NCBI RefSeq assembly: GCF_000009045.1
Contig: NC_000964.3
Span: 2,310,001-2,342,000 of the forward strand
Direction of reading: 5' to 3'
Length of the DNA stretch: 32,000 bases
Source: Bacillus subtilis subsp. subtilis str. 168
GTDB lineage: Bacteria > Bacillota > Bacilli > Bacillales > Bacillaceae
A model generated the notes under the pieces. That model saw nothing but the letters and a program-made list of their open reading frames with translations, was not told where the DNA came from and made no database searches. A program made the translations under genes and the position numbers. This document shows positions 28,796 to 32,000 of this stretch, piece by piece (position 1 is the first letter of the stretch; each line of letters starts with the position of its first letter).

Positions 28796-28824
28796 AGAAG
28801 ACAGCCTTTTACCGGCTGTCTTCT
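28796..28824 (-). terminator. yppE terminator embedded in the coding end
   Basis: agaagacagcc/ggctgtcttct 11-bp perfect stem with the yppE stop in the loop. TTTTCGTTTTT follows on the minus strand. Confidence 0.8.
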
Positions 28825-29180
28825 CTTGCAATTTCATCCTTTACTGCGTGCAATGTATAAAGGACTGACTCAGTGATGTCCTTGAATCGTTTTTTATGAA
28901 TATGATGAACATAAGATTGAAGGACCAATTCCAGGAAATTATCCTTTACGGCCTCAATTTGCTCTTTATGCACATATTTTGGCCGGCGGACTTTTATCAA
29001 TTCAAGAGCACCCTCTGCCCAGCGAGCAGCCAGTTCATCATTCTCTTCAACTGCAGGCTTTATCGTCTCAAAAAAATCATAAGAATGATTACTGTTTTTT
29101 CCTTCCTGATACCGATCAGCGCCTTTTTCAGCAACTTCAATCATTTGCTCGGTCATTTCCAGCAAAGTTTGTGATAGCAA
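28809..29180 (-). CDS. yppE: Conserved helical hypothetical YppE
   Basis: 123 aa. Frame and synteny. Confidence 0.85.
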   Translation of the reverse strand: MLSQTLLEMTEQMIEVAEKGADRYQEGKNSNHSYDFFETIKPAVEENDELAARWAEGALELIKVRRPKYVHKEQIEAVKDNFLELVLQSYVHHIHKKRFKDITESVLYTLHAVKDEIAREDSR

Positions 29181-29225
29181 TATCTTTCACCTCAATGCCT
29201 ATCGTACCAAATTTCACTCACAAAT

Positions 29226-29471
29226 TCAGCCGATGCGGTATACCTTCTCAAACGCATACCTGTGTTCAGGCGATTGATACAGCTCATTTATACAAATATG
29301 AAGATCTATGATTTCTTCTTCGAGCACACTTAGGCGATCGTTCTCCGTTTCCCGCATCTCAGCCTCTAATGCATTTACAGAATGATTCAGGCTTTGCTCA
29401 GCTCGCGTTAATTCATCTTCTATATCAGAAAGCATACGGAGAATATCTGTCTTGCATACATAACCGGACAT
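29226..29471 (-). CDS. yppD: Conserved hypothetical YppD
   Basis: 81 aa from MSGYVCKTDILRMLSDIEDELTR. RBS ggaggtacac upstream. The track ORF extension is not needed. Confidence 0.75.
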   Translation of the reverse strand: MSGYVCKTDILRMLSDIEDELTRAEQSLNHSVNALEAEMRETENDRLSVLEEEIIDLHICINELYQSPEHRYAFEKVYRIG

Positions 29472-29669
29472 TCGTGTACCTCCCTTTCCTTGTCTCTCCC
29501 GGTTAACATTCTTTGCTCTCAAGGCTCTTTCCTTCCTCATGACAAAACTAGAAGCAAATCGCCAAACAAACAGGTATTCCACGAAAAGCTGAAGTTTTCG
29601 ACAAAAACACCCGCAAAAATTGTATGATCCTCCTCATTAATGCAAACGATACTTGTGAGGAGGTGCCGT

Positions 29670-29774
29670 ATGAAAACAAGACCGAAAAAAGCCGGCCAGC
29701 AAAAAAAGACTGAATCAAAGGCAATCGATTCTTTAGATAAAAAATTAGGCGGCCCGAACCGCCCTTCTACGTAA
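29670..29774 (+). CDS. sspM: Small acid-soluble spore protein M
   Basis: 34 aa: MKTRPKKAGQQKKTESKAIDSLDKKLGGPNRPST. RBS gaggaggtg. Confidence 0.93.
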   Translation: MKTRPKKAGQQKKTESKAIDSLDKKLGGPNRPST

Positions 29775-29799
29775 GAAGCAAGGAATTTCCTTGCTTCTT
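29773..29799 (+). terminator. sspM terminator, abutting the stop codons of both sspM and yppC
   Basis: aagaagcaaggaatttccttgcttctt palindrome, then TATTTTTT. Confidence 0.85.
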
Positions 29800-30761
29800 T
29801 ATTTTTTCAGCCACTGCTCCACCGCAAAAAGCGCATGAAGCTGGCGCTTTTTATGTAAATACCAGTCTGTCAATTCAATCTGCTTCGGCAATTCCTCGCG
29901 CCTAAAGAACGTTTTCTTTATCTTTCCATGAAACCAATCTGTTTTCGTTCCGTCTAATGAGTGGATTAACTCAGGGTAGCATGTCCTTAGCATAGGAGAT
30001 GTTCTTTTTGTAATCCCGATCATCTTTTCCATATCAAAACGGGAACCTGTGTGCGGCACTGTGTGCAAAAAGTGATAAAAAGAGGAGAACAATTCTGGCT
30101 TGAACAGCAATTGAGACAGCTGCTTTCCCAGCCTTATCCTTTCCTCCGCCTTTGAAAAGCGTTTCACTGAAATGCCGTAAAAAAACCCATTTGAGGAAGG
30201 AAAAATAACGGTGTTAAAATGAAACCAGTCACTTAAATAAAAAGGAATCGTGTCAAAAACATTCTTTTTAAACGAAGGATTTTGTATAATAGGTGTTTGG
30301 ATAGTGTTTTGTTCATTTATAATGAGGGCATACATTAGCCGCTCCGTATTTCGCTCATGCCAAAAACGGGTCCATTCTTCCGACATAAATTGTGAGACGC
30401 CAAACACATGCAGCAGATGAAACAGCGGTTTCCCAACTCTTTTTGACCAGTGGTATAAAAGAAGCTGCGGATAGGCATCCGAAAAAATAAGCCAGTTCGC
30501 TCTTTCATAGGCTAAAAAGAACCATTTTTGCTGTCTCTCACGGAGTCCAAGCTGAAACAGACTGCCTTTTAAGTCAGTCATTGACCAGCCGGCATTACGA
30601 GAAACGAAAGAAGCCAAAAGCGACCATTTGATTTCCGGATGACGGTCGTAAAATGCTTTATAAGCATTTGTTCTTGAAATGTTATCCGCGTTTTTCATTT
30701 TTGTCTGCCGCTCAATCCGGCTCAGAAGCTTTCTGATGGCCTGTTGTTCTTGCACGTTCAT
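29799..30761 (-). CDS. yppC: Conserved hypothetical YppC (DUF2515-type)
   Basis: 320 aa. Position divergent from recU. Confidence 0.8.
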   Translation of the reverse strand: MNVQEQQAIRKLLSRIERQTKMKNADNISRTNAYKAFYDRHPEIKWSLLASFVSRNAGWSMTDLKGSLFQLGLRERQQKWFFLAYERANWLIFSDAYPQLLLYHWSKRVGKPLFHLLHVFGVSQFMSEEWTRFWHERNTERLMYALIINEQNTIQTPIIQNPSFKKNVFDTIPFYLSDWFHFNTVIFPSSNGFFYGISVKRFSKAEERIRLGKQLSQLLFKPELFSSFYHFLHTVPHTGSRFDMEKMIGITKRTSPMLRTCYPELIHSLDGTKTDWFHGKIKKTFFRREELPKQIELTDWYLHKKRQLHALFAVEQWLKK

Positions 30762-30801
30762 TCACTTCCGTCATGATTAGTTTAATAAGGAGGATGAGAA
30801 A

Positions 30802-31422
30802 GTGATTCGGTATCCTAATGGAAAAACATTTCAGCCGAAACATTCGGTTTCATCCCAAAACAGTCAGAAAAGGGCCCCGTCTTACAGTAATCGCGGAATG
30901 ACCCTCGAAGATGACTTAAACGAAACGAATAAGTATTATCTGACAAACCAAATTGCCGTTATACACAAAAAGCCGACACCTGTTCAAATTGTAAATGTCC
31001 ATTATCCAAAAAGAAGTGCCGCAGTGATTAAAGAAGCTTACTTTAAACAATCATCGACAACAGACTACAATGGGATTTACAAAGGGCGGTATATTGATTT
31101 TGAGGCGAAAGAAACGAAAAACAAGACCTCTTTCCCCCTGCAGAATTTTCATGACCATCAAATCGAGCATATGAAGCAGGTAAAGGCTCAAGACGGTATT
31201 TGTTTTGTTATTATATCCGCTTTCGACCAGGTTTATTTTTTGGAAGCCGATAAGCTGTTTTATTTCTGGGACAGAAAAGAAAAAAACGGCAGAAAATCAA
31301 TTCGAAAAGATGAGTTGGAAGAAACAGCTTATCCGATTTCTCTTGGATACGCACCCAGAATTGATTATATTAGTATTATTGAACAGCTTTATTTTTCGCC
31401 ATCATCTGGTGCGAAAGGTTGA
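30802..31422 (+). CDS. recU: Holliday junction resolvase RecU
   Basis: 206 aa. [34 protein letters not shown]. Confidence 0.97.
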   Translation: MIRYPNGKTFQPKHSVSSQNSQKRAPSYSNRGMTLEDDLNETNKYYLTNQIAVIHKKPTPVQIVNVHYPKRSAAVIKEAYFKQSSTTDYNGIYKGRYIDFEAKETKNKTSFPLQNFHDHQIEHMKQVKAQDGICFVIISAFDQVYFLEADKLFYFWDRKEKNGRKSIRKDELEETAYPISLGYAPRIDYISIIEQLYFSPSSGAKG

Positions 31423-31443
31423 TTAACGAAAGGTTGAGATGTT

Positions 31444-32000
31444 ATGTCAGATCAATTTAACAGCCGTGAAGCTCGACGAAAAGCGAACAGCAAATCGAGT
31501 CCTTCACCGAAAAAAGGCAAGAAACGAAAAAAGGGCGGATTGTTTAAAAAGACCCTTTTCACTTTACTCATTCTGTTTGTTTTAGGCGTAGTCGGCGGTG
31601 CTGTTACATTTGCCGTCATGGTTTCTGATGCGCCGTCCCTTGATGAAAGCAAATTGAAGACGCCTTATTCATCAACGATTTATGATAAAAATGGAAAAGA
31701 GATCGCCGAAGTCGGCGCCGAAAAACGGACCTACGTCTCGATAGATGAAATTCCCGATGTTGTAAAAGAAGCCTTTATCGCGACAGAAGACGCTCGTTTT
31801 TATGAGCACCACGGGATTGACCCTGTCCGTATCGGCGGTGCATTAGTTGCCAACTTTAAAGACGGCTTCGGGGCTGAAGGCGGAAGTACGATCACCCAGC
31901 AGGTCGTCAAAAACTCCCTTCTTTCACATCAGAAGACGTTGAAACGGAAGGTGCAGGAAGTATGGCTTTCGATTCAGCTGGAGCGCAATTACTCTAAAGA
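31444..32000 (+). CDS. ponA: Penicillin-binding protein 1A/1B, N-terminal part, truncated by the window edge
   Basis: MSDQFNSREARRKANSKSSPSPKKGKKRKKGG..., TM segment, then FIATEDARFYEHHGIDPVRI and GGSTITQQVVKN transglycosylase motifs. Confidence 0.96.
   Translation, partial: MSDQFNSREARRKANSKSSPSPKKGKKRKKGGLFKKTLFTLLILFVLGVVGGAVTFAVMVSDAPSLDESKLKTPYSSTIYDKNGKEIAEVGAEKRTYVSIDEIPDVVKEAFIATEDARFYEHHGIDPVRIGGALVANFKDGFGAEGGSTITQQVVKNSLLSHQKTLKRKVQEVWLSIQLERNYSK

Overview
This window matches a conserved Bacillus subtilis-type core chromosomal region, in the order ypdP/ypdQ - sspL - ypcP - ypbS - dynA(ypbR) - fbpC - bpsB/bpsA - pbuX/xpt - ypwA - kdgT/A/K/R - kduI/D - dinG-like(ypvA) - rlmL-like(ypsC) - rnpB - gpsB - ypsA - cotD - mrfB/mrfA(yprB/yprA) - ypqE/ypqA - yppG/F/E/D - sspM - yppC - recU - ponA. 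Genes were identified by reading the proteins, nucleic-acid motifs and synteny. No database search was run. Both window ends cut a CDS. I found no CRISPR array, transposon, prophage, R-M or toxin cassette, and no convincing wholly new multigene system. The best second-look items are small or regulatory: (1) an unannotated 31-aa hydrophobic ORF between cotD and mrfB, with a consensus-like SigA promoter and a good RBS; (2) a 29-aa Fur-controlled ORF (fbpC-like) whose promoter carries two Fur-like boxes; (3) several convergent gene pairs whose terminator-like hairpins overlap or abut stop codons; (4) CcpA/LacI-type operator-like sites in the kdg/kdu divergent region; (5) a perfect hairpin in the ypwA 5' leader; (6) the double-headed dynamin DynA; (7) the MrfA/MrfB repair pair; (8) the type III PKS/methyltransferase pair.
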